A DNA stretch of 64,000 nucleotides from Leucoraja erinacea. Its lineage: Eukaryota. Every line of letters starts with the position of its first letter. The first letter of the stretch is position 1. Made by a program: the position numbers and the translations under genes. The stretch covers positions 44,888,001-44,952,000 of the forward strand of contig NC_073379.1 of NCBI RefSeq assembly GCF_028641065.1. The letters run 5' to 3'. Positions 35,206 through 47,487 of the stretch are shown here, piece after piece. A model generated the notes under the pieces. It worked only from the letters and a program-made list of their open reading frames with translations. It ran no database searches and was not told the origin of the DNA.

Positions 35206-36946
35206 TTACAGGCTTCGAGTTTCATGTCAATACTGCCACGATCATCCCTAACTACCAAACAAAAGTCCCATTAAGGCATAAAATGTATTTTACAATTCCT
35301 TGTGGACCAGCACCAATGTCTTGCTCCAGATAGTTGCCATCATTAGACTGCCCCACGTACACAATTTGACCAGTGCAGAATTATTCAACTGCAGTGCCAC
35401 CATTAACACGATCCAGGATGCTATCTACCTCTTCTTGTAAGGTTCATCTCCTCACATAACTCCACCTCCTCTATAACATTGAAGTATCAACTTATCAGTT
35501 CACTTAAAAGCTGCTTTTGCCAAAATGGCTGTCGGTCGAGCTCTCCATAGATGTTTTGCAGAGAAAATCAAGTTGTAAGCTGTCATTTTCTACCTTGATT
35601 TTAATCTCATTAATAAATGAAACATTGCTATGTCTAATTTGTTAACAAGCTCAAGGTTGCCTGATATACTATAAAATGTGTTTTACCACAAAAACATTCT
35701 CTCTTCGCTTGTTTCTATCCCATTAAAAAAATGGAAATTAGTTAAATTAGAAATTAGAATGATATCCAGTTAGTATTTGCTTGAATAATTTTGAATAATT
35801 CCTTTGCAGGGTTTTGCCAGAGTTTTCATGTGACTCACTGCTGCAGGCTGCTTCCAACTTACTTTCACATTCTAATCCCATGACAGTTGGGGGAGTCCAG
35901 AACCAGGGGCCACAGTTTAAGAATAAGGGGTAAGCCATTTAGAACAGAGATGAAGAAATACTTTTTTACACAGAGAGTTGTGAGTCTGTGAAATTCTCTG
36001 CCTCAGAGGGCAGTGGAGGTCGGTTCTCTGGATGCTTTCAAGAGAGAGTTAGATAGAGCTCTTAAAACTGACTGCAAAAATGTTTATAGATATGTGAAGA
36101 GAAAGAGATTAGTTAAAACAAATATAGGTCCCTTGCAGTCAGAAACAGGTGAATTGATCATGGGGAACAAGGACATGGCGGACCAATTGAATAACTACTT
36201 TGGATCCTTCTTCACTAAGAAAGACATAAATAATCTGCTGGAAATAGCAGGGGATCGCGGGTCAAATGAGATGGAGGAACTGAGTGAAATCCAGTTTAGC
36301 CGGGAAGTGGTGTTAGGTAAATTAAATGGATTAAAGGCCGATAAATCCCCAGGGCCAGATAGGCTGCATCCCAGAGTATTTAAGGAAGTAGCTCCAGAAA
36401 TAATGGATGCATTAGTGATAATTTTTCAAAACTCTTTAGATTCTGGAGTAGTTCCTGAGGATTGGAGGGTAGCTAATGTAACCCCACTTTTAAAAAAAGG
36501 AGGGAGAGAGAAAACAGGGAATTACAGACCAGTTAGTCTAACATCGGTAGTGGGGAAACTGCTAGAGTCAGTTATTAAAGATGTGATAGCAGCACATTTG
36601 AAAAGTGGTGAAATCATTGGACAAAGTCAGCATGGATTTACGAAAGGTAAATCATGTCTGACGAATCATATAGAATTTTTCGAGGATGTAACTAGTAGAG
36701 TGGATAAGGAGGAACCAGTGGATGTGTTATATCTGGACTTTCAGAAGGCTTTCAACAAGGTCCCACATAAGAGATTAGTATACAAACTTAAAGCACACGG
36801 TATTGGTGGTTCAGTATTGATGTGGACAGAGAGCTGTCTGTCAAACAGGAAGCAAAGAGTAGGAGTAAACGAGTCCTTTTCCGAATGGCAGGCAGTGACT
36901 AGTAGCGTACCGCATGGCTCAGTGCTGGGACCCCAGCTATTTACAA

Positions 36947-37860
36947 TCTATATATTACTAAAAGTCTGATCTTGACTGCTTTTGGCCCACTGTGCTGCGA
37001 TTTCCAAGAGAACGCCGCCACCAACGGCCGTCATTTTTGGCCACCTCGCTCAGAGGCCCCCTCTGCCTTCCGGGACCAGAGGATTTTTCCCATCGATGAA
37101 AAATCAGAGAGATATTAATATTTTTAAAAAATTCATTCTCTCTGTTGCCCCCGCTGGCGGCAGTGGGAGGGACTATAAAACCCGGAAGTGTAGTGCCTCA
37201 CTCAGTCTCTGCCAGACCCAGGAAGTGAGAGGGTCATGGCTCTCTGAGCTGCGAATAACAATGAACGCACATCTATTCCACGGTGAGTTCCCTTGATGCG
37301 GCTCAAAAGTGGCTGCAGCCCAATTGTTTACCTCGCCTTTTTAAAAAGGTTTGTGTTCACAAAATGAATTTTGGTTGTCAGGTGGCTGCAGCCCAATTGT
37401 TTACCTCGCCTTTTTAAAAGGTTTGTGTTCGCAAAATGAATTTTGGTTGTCGGGTGGCTGTAGCCCACTTGCTTGCCTCGCCTTTTTAACAAGTTTGTGT
37501 TCACAAAATGAATTTTGGTTGTCAGGTGGCTGCTGCCCAATTGTTTGCCTCGCCTTTTTAAAATGTTTGTGTTCACAAAATGAATTTTGGTTGTCAGGTG
37601 GCTGCAGCCCAATTGTTTGCCTTGGCTTGGCTTTTAAAATCGTTGCAACAGTTGGATGCCAGCCCAAGAATCCATTCAGCCCACAATATCTATACTAGCC
37701 CTCTGGAAACCAGTACCTTCGGCCCGAAACAACCATCCTAGCGCAACAGACAGCCCCCCCACTGGCGAGCAATATTGGAATTGGTGGAGATGTGGAATAT
37801 TGCGTTGGTGACCAGCCCTCCCGTGTGATTCTGGGATCCAATGGGTCCTACTCAGTCTAG
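36947..37860 (+). mobile_element. Non-autonomous Helitron inserted in the CR1 RT region
   Basis: A|TCTATATATTACTAAAAG ... GGGATCCAATGGGTCCTACTCAGTCTAG|T; removal restores CTATTTACAA|TAAATATTAATGAT (LFTI-INDL) with no duplication. Confidence 0.95.
37308..37625 (+). repeat. About 70-bp minisatellite, roughly 4.5 copies, inside the Helitron
   Basis: Unit GTGGCTGCAGCCCAATTGTTTACCTCGCCTTTTTAAAAGGTTTGTGTTCACAAAATGAATTTTGGTTGTCAG. Confidence 0.92.
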
Positions 37861-39744
37861 TAAATATTAATGATTTGGACGAGGGAATTGAATGACACTG
37901 AGCTGGGGGGCAGTGTTAGCTGTGAGGAGAATGCCAGGAGGCTGCAAGGTGACTTGGATAGGCTGGGTGAGTGGGCTAATGCATGGCAGATGCAGTATAA
38001 TGTGGATAAATGTGAGGTTGTCCACTTTGGCGGCAAAAACAGGAAAGTAGACTATTATCTAAATGGTGGCCGATTATGAAAAGGGGAGATGCAACGAGAC
38101 CTGGGTGTCATGGTACACCAGTCATTGAAAGTCAGCATGCAGGTGTAGCAGGCAGTGAAGAAAGCGAAGGGTATGTTAGCATTTATAGCAAAAGGATTTG
38201 AGTATAGGAGCAATGAGGTTCTACTGCAGTTGTACAGGGTCTTGATGAGACCACACCTGGAGTATTGCGTACAGTTTTGGTCTCCAAATCTAAGGAAGTT
38301 CATTATTGCCATAGAGGGAGTGAAGAGAAGGTTCACCAGACTGATTCCTGGGATGTCAGGACTTTCATATGAGGAAAGACTGGATAGACTCGGCTTGTAC
38401 TCGCTAGAATTTAGGAAATTGAGGGGGGATCTTATGGAAACTTACAAAATTCTTAAGGGGTTGGACAGGCTAGATGCAGGAAGATTGTTCCCGATGTTGG
38501 GGAAGTCCAGGACAAGGGGTCACAGCTTAAGGATAGAGGGGAAATTATTTAGGACCAAGATGAGAAAAACATTTTTCACACAGAGAGTGGTGAATCTCTG
38601 GAACTCTCTGCTACAGAAGGTAGTTGAGGCCAGTTCATTGGCTATATTTAAGAGGGAGTTAGATGTGGCCCTTGTGGCTAAAGTGATCAGGGGATATGGA
38701 GAGAAGGCAGGTACGGGATACTGAGTTGGATGATCAGCCATGATCATATTGAATGGCGGTGCAGGCTCGAAGGGCCGAATGGCCTACTCCTGCACATATT
38801 TTCTATGTTTTCTATGTTTTAAAGATAGCAGAGTCAAGGGATATGGGGAGAAGGCAGGGACGAGGTACTGACTGTGAATGATCAACCATGATCACATTGA
38901 ATGGCGGTGCTGGCTCGAAGGGCTGAATGACCTATCCCTGCAACTATTGTCTATTGTCTATTCAAAAAAATGTGATCCATCATATGCCTGTTAAACCCAA
39001 GGGTAGTAGAACAGAAGCACAGTTTGTGAAAAGTTCACACGGGCAATAATGCAGAATGTGTTATCGTACTAGCAGTCTGCCGCACTTCAACTAGTTTTTC
39101 ATGTCATGGAATTGTATTCAGACAACGATGTCCTTCTTGAAACATAACCCACGTGGCATGAACCCCTGGGCATAACAGAACTTGAACTTTGGTCTTCAGC
39201 AGCTAGTCGAGTGATGCCGATTTTATTTATGATTCCCTCTATACTTTTCAATTCACCAAATACTAGTTGTGCTGATGTTTGAAAAAAGGAAAAGATATCA
39301 AAGCAAAGTTTTTTTGCAAAATGTGGGCTTACAGTGTGATTTAATTACTCAACTTTCCATCAGCGACTGAGAATTTGTTCTTGCTGTGGAGCTCAAGGAA
39401 ATCCGCCCACCATGATGAAGCATGAATGATAGGATGAATTTCAGCTTTCTGGTGTGTTGTATTTGGCCTTATGAAGAATATCTGTGGCAGCAAGCAACTT
39501 TCATATCATTTGACTTGTTTACTACCATTGAGATTGAAGAATTCTCACAGACAATTAAATAGGAAGAAAATAGTGTTCATTTTTAATTTTTTTTAATCAT
39601 TTTATTGAAAACAAAATGGACAATGGGACATACACAAAGCGAAATAAGTCAAAGCTAACTACTCAAAAGGAAACATTTTTTAAAAAGTACATTAAAAAAT
39701 AGTTGTTATTCTGAACACATTTGAAATTAGATTAGAGGCATGAA

Positions 39745-39965
39745 AGACCGCAGATGATGGAAACTGGAGCAAAAAACAAGTGCTGGAAAACTCAGCAGGT
39801 TAGGCAGGGTCTGTGGAGGTAAAGGGATAATTAACCTTCTTGGGTTAATTTAGGTGAATCTGGGTCTCCACCCGAAATTATGGTTATCCCTCTGCCTCTA
39901 TTGATGCTTCCTGACCTGCTGAGTTCCTCCTGCAGTTTGATTTTGGCTCCAGATTGCAGTCTCTT
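39745..39965. mobile_element. Decayed Penelope fold-back element
   Basis: CTGGAGCAAAA...ACTCAGCAGGTTAGG inverted against CCTGACCTGCTGAGT...TTTTGGCTCCAG. Confidence 0.65.
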
Positions 39966-40324
39966 GTATGGCCTCATAAATGTGTCATCATAAATGGCAG
40001 CTTCTGTGTAATTAATAATCCTAAGAGAAATATAGATTCCCTTATCCAACATTATTAATGCTATAATATTAATGCTTTGCTCTGCCTACAGAAGACATGT
40101 TGAAGAATGTTTTCAAGATCACGAATGGGTCATCTCAAAAATTCAATATAGGTGTGCCTATTCAATGACTGTAAAATGACTAACGATGCTGTGTAAAATT
40201 AGATTTTCAGGGCAGGGAAAGTTGTTTGGTGTTAATTTTGTTACAGCACACCGCTATGTTGTCAGTTACATCTCATTTAACAAAGCTGATGTTTACAACC
40301 TTACTTTATAGCCAGTATAGTCAA

Positions 40325-40865
40325 TAGGACTGATCAGGGATGAACTTATAGAGGTGTATAAAATCATAAAAGAAATAGATCGGGTAGATGCACTGAGTCT
40401 CTTGTCCAGAGCAGAGAACCGAGAACCAGAGGATACAGGTTTAAGGTGAAGGGGGAATTTCAGGGGTAAATTGTTCACAGAAAAGATGGTGGCTGTCAGA
40501 GTAGTTGAAGCAAGGACTATTGCAATGTTTAAGAAACAATTGGATAGGGACATGGTTAGTGTGTAAGAAGGAACTGCAGATGCTGGTTTAAACTGAAGAT
40601 AAAATCAAAAAGCTGGAGTAACTCAGCGGGAGAGGCAGCATCCCGTCGAGACCCGAAACGTCATCCAATACTTCTCTCCAGAGATGTTGCCTGTACCGCT
40701 GAGTTACTCCAGCTTTTTTGTGTCTATCTACGGACATGGTTAGGTCAGGCTTGGAGGGATATGGCCTAAGCACAGGCAGATAGGACTAGTGTGGATGGGA
40801 CATGTTAATCGGTGTGGGCAAGTTGGGCTGAGGGGTTTGTTTCCACGTTGTATGACTACTCTATG
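40325..40865 (+). mobile_element. CR1 3' fragment hosting a fold-back insertion
   Basis: CTTATAGAGGTGTATAAAATC (LIEVYKI) and (ATGACTACTCT) tail. Confidence 0.75.
40560..40731. mobile_element. Penelope-derived fold-back element with a 12-bp TSD
   Basis: GGACATGGTTAG at 40548-40559 and 40732-40743; inverted arms around GACCCGAAACGTC. Confidence 0.85.
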
Positions 40866-41054
40866 ACTGCACTTGAATTTTTTTGTTTCATTTTCATTAC
40901 ATTTGTGAATATTCAAGCAGGTAAGTCTTTGAAGGAGCAAAGTATTAGACACAACTACTTCTGGATGTTCATTTTTAACCACACAGTTGCAGATGACAAA
41001 AACTGTTCTCAGTTTTACAGTGTAATAATGATGTTTGGATACATTTAATTTAAC

Positions 41055-41325
41055 AATACAGCGTGGAAAGAGGTCCTTTGGCCCTTCGAGTCCGTGCCGA
41101 CCATTGATCACCTGTACGCTAGTCCTATCCTACACACTAGGGGCAATTTACAGAAGCAAATTAATCTACAAATGAATTTGGGAGGAAACTGGAGCACCCA
41201 AAGGAAACACATGTGGTTACAGGGAGGACATACAATCTCTGTAAAGACCGTACCTGTAGTCAGCATCGAACCTGGGTCTTTAGTGCTGTGAGGTAGCAAC
41301 TCTACCGCTGTGCCAATGTGCCATG
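41055..41325 (-). mobile_element. V-SINE
   Basis: Family motifs. Confidence 0.8.
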
Positions 41326-41589
41326 ATGTGTGCAGTTCGTTTCATCCTCACAGCATCTTCAAATTCCACGCTTTTTTTTTTTAAGAGTTCAGATGTAAGT
41401 TGTCAAGCATGAACATTTTTCCAACAAAAATTTGCACTTTTCAAACCAATTCTTAAAATTGAGTTAACTGTCAGTCAGAATACAATCTGCACTAATCCAT
41501 TGTCACAATTAATCAGTGAAACAATGCGCATCATACTAACAGAAATCAGAATAAGACAAAAATGCAAAATTATACCACGTATCACGTTC

Positions 41590-43060
41590 AAAGAAAGACA
41601 CAAGGCGATGGAGTAACTCAGCAGGTCTTTGGAGAACATGGATTGGTGAATTTTTGGGTCGGGTCCCTTCTTCAGACTGATTCTGGTGTGGGTGGGGATT
41701 TGGAGAAAGCTGGGAGGAGCAGGACAAAGCCTGGCAACTTGTAGATGGATACAGGTGAGGGGAAGGAGGGGGTTAGCTAGCCAAATTATAATACAATTAT
41801 CAGGGATGAAAAAAATATTAGTGTGACTGAAGGATAGGGTGTGAATTGCGAAGTAGGGGAATATACGTGGAAGGGGCAAGGGCTTGGTAAAGGGGCTGTC
41901 CCACTGCGGCGACCTAATCCATGAGTTAAGAAGAGTGTCTTCGACCTTCAAGCTCGAGGGCACTAGCATGGAAAACCTCGAGCTGGATCGACCGTGAGCG
42001 TTGAAACCATGAGCTGGGTCGACCGACCGTACACACACGCACGCACGCACGCACACACACACACACACATCGCAAAGGCGGGGGCCAGGGAAAGTGGGGG
42101 AGCGCTGTATGAAATTCAGACCCACGATGAAGAGGAAGGTAAAAGACGGCTGCACATTGTATGGTAAATCCTTTAGAGAGCGTGGAGAGAGGGGTGGGGG
42201 AGGGAAGGGGGGAGAAGAAGGACTGGAGACACTTTTAAGTAGTATAATAAAGTTTAGCAGGCATATAGTCAGTTTTCCTTGATCCTGAAAACTCCAATGA
42301 GCCAATCAAAATGCCCGGTCAGCGAAGGAGATTACCTACGGCTGCCCTCAACTGCCTGTAACTAAATAGCGACCCCACTCCACTGCACTACGAGTTAAAA
42401 AGAACTATGCCGACCATATTTTACTCACGGAAAATTTTTCAACATGCTGAAAAACGTTCCGCGATGTATTCCAATGTTCACTAGGTTGTAAGCTACCCAG
42501 GCAGAATATCAGATGCTGTTACTCCAGTTTGTGTGTGGCCCACTCTGTCCATGGAGGAGACTCAGGATAGGAAGGGCAGTGTGGGAATGGGAAGGTGATT
42601 TATCAATAGTGAGCAATCGAAAGATCCAGTAGGCCTTGGTGGTCCGAGCACTAGTGTTCGACAAAATGCTTGCCAAGTCTATGCTTGGTCTCGCTGATGT
42701 AAAGTAGTCCACATTGGGATCACTGGATGCAGTGGATGAGGTTAGAGGAGGTGCATGTGAACCTCTGTCTCACCTGGAATGACTGCTGGATTGACATGTG
42801 GGAAGTGGCATAGGGACAGGTGTTCCATCTCTTTCAGTTGCAGGGGCAGGTACCAGGGGAGGAGATGGTTTGTTTGGAAAGAGATGAATGAACCAAGGAG
42901 TTGTGGAGGGAGTGATCTCTGCAGAAGGTGGAAAGGGGTGGGGATGGGAAGACGTGACGTGGTGGGATCACGTTAGAGATGGCAGAAATGTCATAGAATT
43001 ATGTGTTGAAGCAAAGGCTGGTGGGGTGAAAGGCGAGGTGAAGATCATGGGAAATCTATC
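41590..43060 (-). mobile_element. Penelope-like retroelement relic (GIY-YIG endonuclease end plus terminal repeat), interrupted
   Basis: Minus translations FQVRQRFTCTSSNLIHCIQ*SQCGLLYISETKHRLGKHFVEH and KLE*QHLIFCLGSLQP; terminal repeat with CTGAAGAAGGGACCCGACCC at about 41655-41680. Confidence 0.8.
41891..42465. mobile_element. Truncated Harbinger-like MITE within the Penelope relic
   Basis: Left end AGGGGCTGTCCCAC resembles the TIR at 26275; right TIR not found. Confidence 0.5.
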
Positions 43061-44299
43061 TTGATAGAGAAGTGATTTATAAATTCCTTAAAGATGAATT
43101 TTGGTTACTGAATGGCTGGAGCTCGGATATGCACCTGTGCTGTCTTAAAGTTGCTGAGATAATTGCTGAACATCCGAAGTGATAACTTCAGCCTCAGAAA
43201 ACACTGTTTTTCCAAGGGATCAAGAAAACAGCCTTTGCATGTATACCTATGTTGTTGCTCTCATGCCAGCTGTTTGCATCTCTGGTGGTCTCTTTCAATA
43301 TTCTCCACAACAGATGTAACATGCAGCTGGTTGTCATCTTGCTGCATGTCGAATGTCATACCATGATGTCTCCCATTCCCAATATCTTCAAAGTCCAACA
43401 AATAATCTCTTAACACATCACGCTCAACAGCTCCTTCTCTGTGGGAAATCAGAATGCAGCTGCTTGCTTTTTATCTTTAATTGGTTCTGCAAGCCTGTGT
43501 TTCCATGAACTCCTTGAAACAATGTAATTTTTCCGAGGTGATTTGATTCAATTTTTGGTTAGGTCTTTTATGATTTTACTGTAGTTCAGTCATTTTGCAT
43601 GAAAATGCTCTTACAAAGTAATTGCCTCAATGAAATGGCTTCACAGTTCTGCATAAAATGGAAATATATTGGCTCAGGTTTTCCAAATGCATAACATTTG
43701 GATTGAGGAGGAAAAAAACAGAATATAGAAAAAAGGTATAAACCCCTTACATTTATCACATTTCTACAGACCTTTCACTCCAGAAGAGATGATAATTGTT
43801 CATTTTCAAGTTGATTAGCTGTCAACAACGATCATCACTAAAATGATACTTATCCAGTTAATTTCCGTAATTAGACTTCTGAGGTCAATTTGACGAGTAA
43901 CCTCATGAACCACGATGAAAGTATTAAGCATAATGTGCATTTTCATGGAGTTGATGTCAATTCACAACTATTTTTTCATGCCATAAGCCTTTGATGGATT
44001 TGTGCATCCAGCAGTTTGCGTCATCAAAACATTATTTTTTTCTGTTGGTTTAGACCAGTTGTGTTCTGTTTATCCATGTCTTTATTGAATATTACACACC
44101 AGCTTAATAATTGTCGAAACATAATATTTTGTGTACCATTTGGTGTCATTTGCAGTCAGATCTTATGTGCAAATGCTACTTCTATATATTAGATCCAAAT
44201 CATGGACAGGAGAAGGTACTCCACACATGTGCTGCTAAGTTAAATGGCATGCAATATATACTTTAACTTCATGAAAAATCCACATGTGTATTTAAGTTC

Positions 44300-44885
44300 C
44301 ACTGAAATGCATTCCACTAGGCAGTTGATGCCCATCTGAAGTCTATTTGTATCTGCCACACTATTTATTAGTTTCAAGGTTTTGTGTCGTCTGCAAATAT
44401 AGCAGTCATGCTTTGGATGTAGAAGAACAAGCCTTCGTTATAAATCAAATCCTGGTCTTGAATGAACTTTGGTGAACTCCACTGTATTAATCTCTCTCGT
44501 CTGAAAAGCAGTCATTTATCACAGATCTCTTTTTCTAACTCTTAGCCAAGTTTGTTTTCATGCAGCTACTATTCCTTCATCGCGTGGACTTCAGTTTAGC
44601 TAACAAGTCTAATATATGGTACTTTATCAAAAAGCCTGCTAAAAATCCAATATGCACTGCATCAATTGCACTGCTCTCATCCATCCTCTCTGTCATTTCA
44701 TCAAAACACTCAATCAAGTTAGTTAAGCACACTTGTCCATATAATATCTACAGGACTTTGCTTTGCTCCAAGGTTGACCGAATGGGTGATAATTTTATCT
44801 GGATTATTGTTAATAACATTTTTATTGATATTAAACTGAACAGATTAAAATAGTCAGTATTATCAATCACCTCTTCTCTGATCAA
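44300..44885 (-). mobile_element. Very old CR1 RT fragment
   Basis: GTCGTCTGCAAA (FADD on minus) and ATCAAAAAGCCTGCTAAAAATCC (DF-KAFD-like). Confidence 0.55.
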
Positions 44886-44890
44886 GGTTA

Positions 44891-45310
44891 TCATATCATA
44901 TATCTATTAAAACTCTGTGTGTGTGTCTGGATGTGGATGTGTGTGTGTCATTTTGCATTTGAAACGTATTTTCTCGAAAACCAGATGCAGAAATGAGGAG
45001 ATTTTTACAATTTCGGTAGGGATTTAACTTACGATTTCATAAATGCACTCCTCTCTAGATTTGGTCAATTATTTCCCCTGATTTTGAATAAAACTGTTCA
45101 CAAAACATCAAAAAAAATGTAAATCAATTGCTGCATGAGTCAGTGTTACCTTACAGATGTCCAATCAGAATGGATCTCATTTACATATGTGACATCACAA
45201 TGGGACACGGGTGGGAGATCTCTCCCCCTCTCTCCCTCACTTTTACAATGCCTTTGCACCTGCCCAGCTGGCCCCGCCCAACCCTGCCCGGCCCTGCCCC
45301 CCATCAGCAT
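44891..45310 (+). mobile_element. Helitron 5' fragment (family of 14262-15412), 3' end missing
   Basis: A|TCATATCATATATCTATTAAAACT and TTGGTCAATTATTTCCCC shared with 14270-14470. Confidence 0.75.
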
Positions 45311-45499
45311 GCCTGGTGAATTGAATTTTTTGGCCAGATCTCACTTCTCATTTCAACTTCAATTTCCACTTGGATACTCTTCACTATTTTGATCACTGTC
45401 AGCTATTCTAATTTCTATGTTCTATACTCAAGTTCTGTCAACATCCTCGTAAATGTTCTCTGCACTCTTTCCAGTTTTAACAACAATGATATGGAAGGC

Positions 45500-45880
45500 C
45501 TTTCAGCACATAGTGCTTATGTTGACCCTCAGAGCCTTCATCCAGCTCCAATTCAGAATTTTAACTTGTGAGACCACCCTGTCTTTACCCATAACTATTT
45601 TAAAGCTAATAAAACAGTGGTCACTGGTTACAAAAGGCTCGCCCTTGGACACTTCAGTCACTTGTCCTTCCCAATTTTCCAAAGAGTCAATCAAGCTTTG
45701 CTCTCTCTCATGCAGGGTCCTCTACTTATTGATTGTAAACTTTCCTAAACACATTGAAAGTAATCACTCCCCTGACATCAATCTAAAGATGGGTCTTGAT
45801 CCGAAACATCACCCATTCCTTCTCTCCAGAGATGCTGCCTGTCCCGCTGAGTTGCTCCAGCATTTTGTGTCTATCTTCGG
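45500..45880. mobile_element. CR1 endonuclease-end fragment (minus) followed by a Penelope terminal-repeat fragment (plus)
   Basis: GQVTEVSKGEPFVTSDHCFISFKI on minus; CCGAAACATCACCCATTCCTTCTCTCCAGAGATGCTGCC on plus. Confidence 0.65.
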
Positions 45881-46105
45881 AAGTAAAATGTTAATGGCTT
45901 AAATAAAAAAAAACATTAATCAGAAATGTTTTATCATTCATCAGAAATGTTACCTAACCTGCCGAATGTGTCAATTTGTTTCCTTGATAGATGAATAGAT
46001 AAACAGAGGATAGCTGGAATCTGTTGCAAAGTATATTAGAGAGGGAAAATTGTAAAATTGGAAGAAACAGGCTACCAGGAGGAAATGGTACATCCGAGGT
46101 CCCGA

Positions 46106-46424
46106 CTTTAGTTTAGTTTAGAGATACGGGTAACAAGCTTTTTAGCCCACCGAGTCTGCGCTCACCAGCGATCCACTGATATTAACACTATCCAACGCAC
46201 ACTAGGGACAATTTATATTTATACAATTATACCAAGCCAATTTACCCTACAAAACTGTATGTCCTTGGAGTGTGGGAGGAAACTGATCTCGAGGAAAACC
46301 CACGAGGTCACGGGGAAAACATTCCAATTCCGTACAGACAGCACCCGTAGTTAGGATTGAACCCGGGTCTCTAGTGCCGAAAGTGCTGTTAGGCAGTAAC
46401 TCTACCGCTGTGCCACCGTGCCAT
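46106..46424 (-). mobile_element. V-SINE, full length
   Basis: GGCACGGTGGCACAGCGGTAGAG head through (TAAAC)n tail. Confidence 0.88.
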
Positions 46425-46571
46425 GTTGCATAATTATTTTTCAGATACTTCAGAGATGTGAGGTTCTGATTGTTGGAGACCATTCTATCAAACGGAATTA
46501 AACCATTTGCAAGGGAGTATTACTTAATGAGGATGCAGAAAAGAAATTGACAAATAAAGATCTTGTTATTT

Positions 46572-47207
46572 AGAGGAATATAAGAGGAATCGAATATAGG
46601 ATCAAAGAGGTCCTTCTGCAGTTGTACAGGGCCCTAGTGAGACCACACCTAGAGTATTGTGTGCAGCTTTGGTCCCCTAATTTGAGGAAGGACATTCTTG
46701 CTATTGAGGGAATGCAGCGTAGGTTTACAAGGTTAATTCCCGGGATGGTGGGACTGTCATATGCTGAGAGAATGGAGCAGCTGGGCTTGTACACTCTGGA
46801 GTTTAGAAGGATGACAGGGTATCTCATTGAAACATATAAGATTGTTAAGAGCTTGGACACGCTAGAGGCAGGAAACATGTTCCTGATGTTGGGGGAGTCC
46901 AGAACCAGGGGCCACAGTTTAAGAATAAGGAGTAAGCCATTTAGAATGGAGATGCGGAAATACTTTTTCTCACAGAGAGTGGTGAGTCTGTGGAATTCTC
47001 TGCCTCAGAGGGCGGTGGAGGCAGGTTCTCTGGATGCTTTCAAGAGAGAGCTAGATAGGGCTCTTAAAAATAGCGGAGTCAGGGGATATGGGGAAAAGGC
47101 AGGAACGGGGTACTGATTGGGGATGATCAGCTATGATCACATTGAATGGCGGTGCTGGCTCGAAGGGCCGAATGGCCTACTCCTGCACCTATTGTCTATT
47201 GTCTATT
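46572..47207 (+). mobile_element. CR1 3' end
   Basis: 164-aa [18 protein letters not shown]...GYGEKAGTGY; TGTCTAT tail. Confidence 0.92.
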
Positions 47208-47487
47208 TCTGAATATGTTTGTTTGTGAATAGATAGGAAGAAAAGAAGGAATTATTAAAGTTTTAAGGAGCGTTTGCAATTAAGGTGCAGGCATGTCCGT
47301 GGTTATGAAGACATTGTAGTTGACAGTAGGATGACGGCTTGTGCCGTTTAATTGTCAAGGTATAATTACTTCCTGTTTCCTTGGTTATCTTGGTTGAGCA
47401 ACATTTGTCTTGTGTGAAGTAATGATGGAGATGCCGCAAATTGCAGAGTCTTTTAAAGTCTTCCTCTCTCGATCTGGGTGATACTCT

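Larger units (their letters stand above)
35885..38962 (+). mobile_element. Nested CR1s: an older 3' end (35885-36063 plus 38820-38962) split by a younger 5'-truncated CR1 (about 36064-38819)
   Basis: GATAGAGCTCTT|AAAGATAGC junction rejoins when the insert is removed. Insert encodes KSPGPD, DWRVANVTP, NYRPVSLTS, YLDFQKAF, GSVLGP and [13 protein letters not shown]. Confidence 0.92.

Noticed and set aside
36013-36969. 318-aa reverse-transcriptase ORF as an active gene
   Set aside because: 5'-truncated CR1 ORF2 fused to an older CR1 and interrupted by a Helitron.
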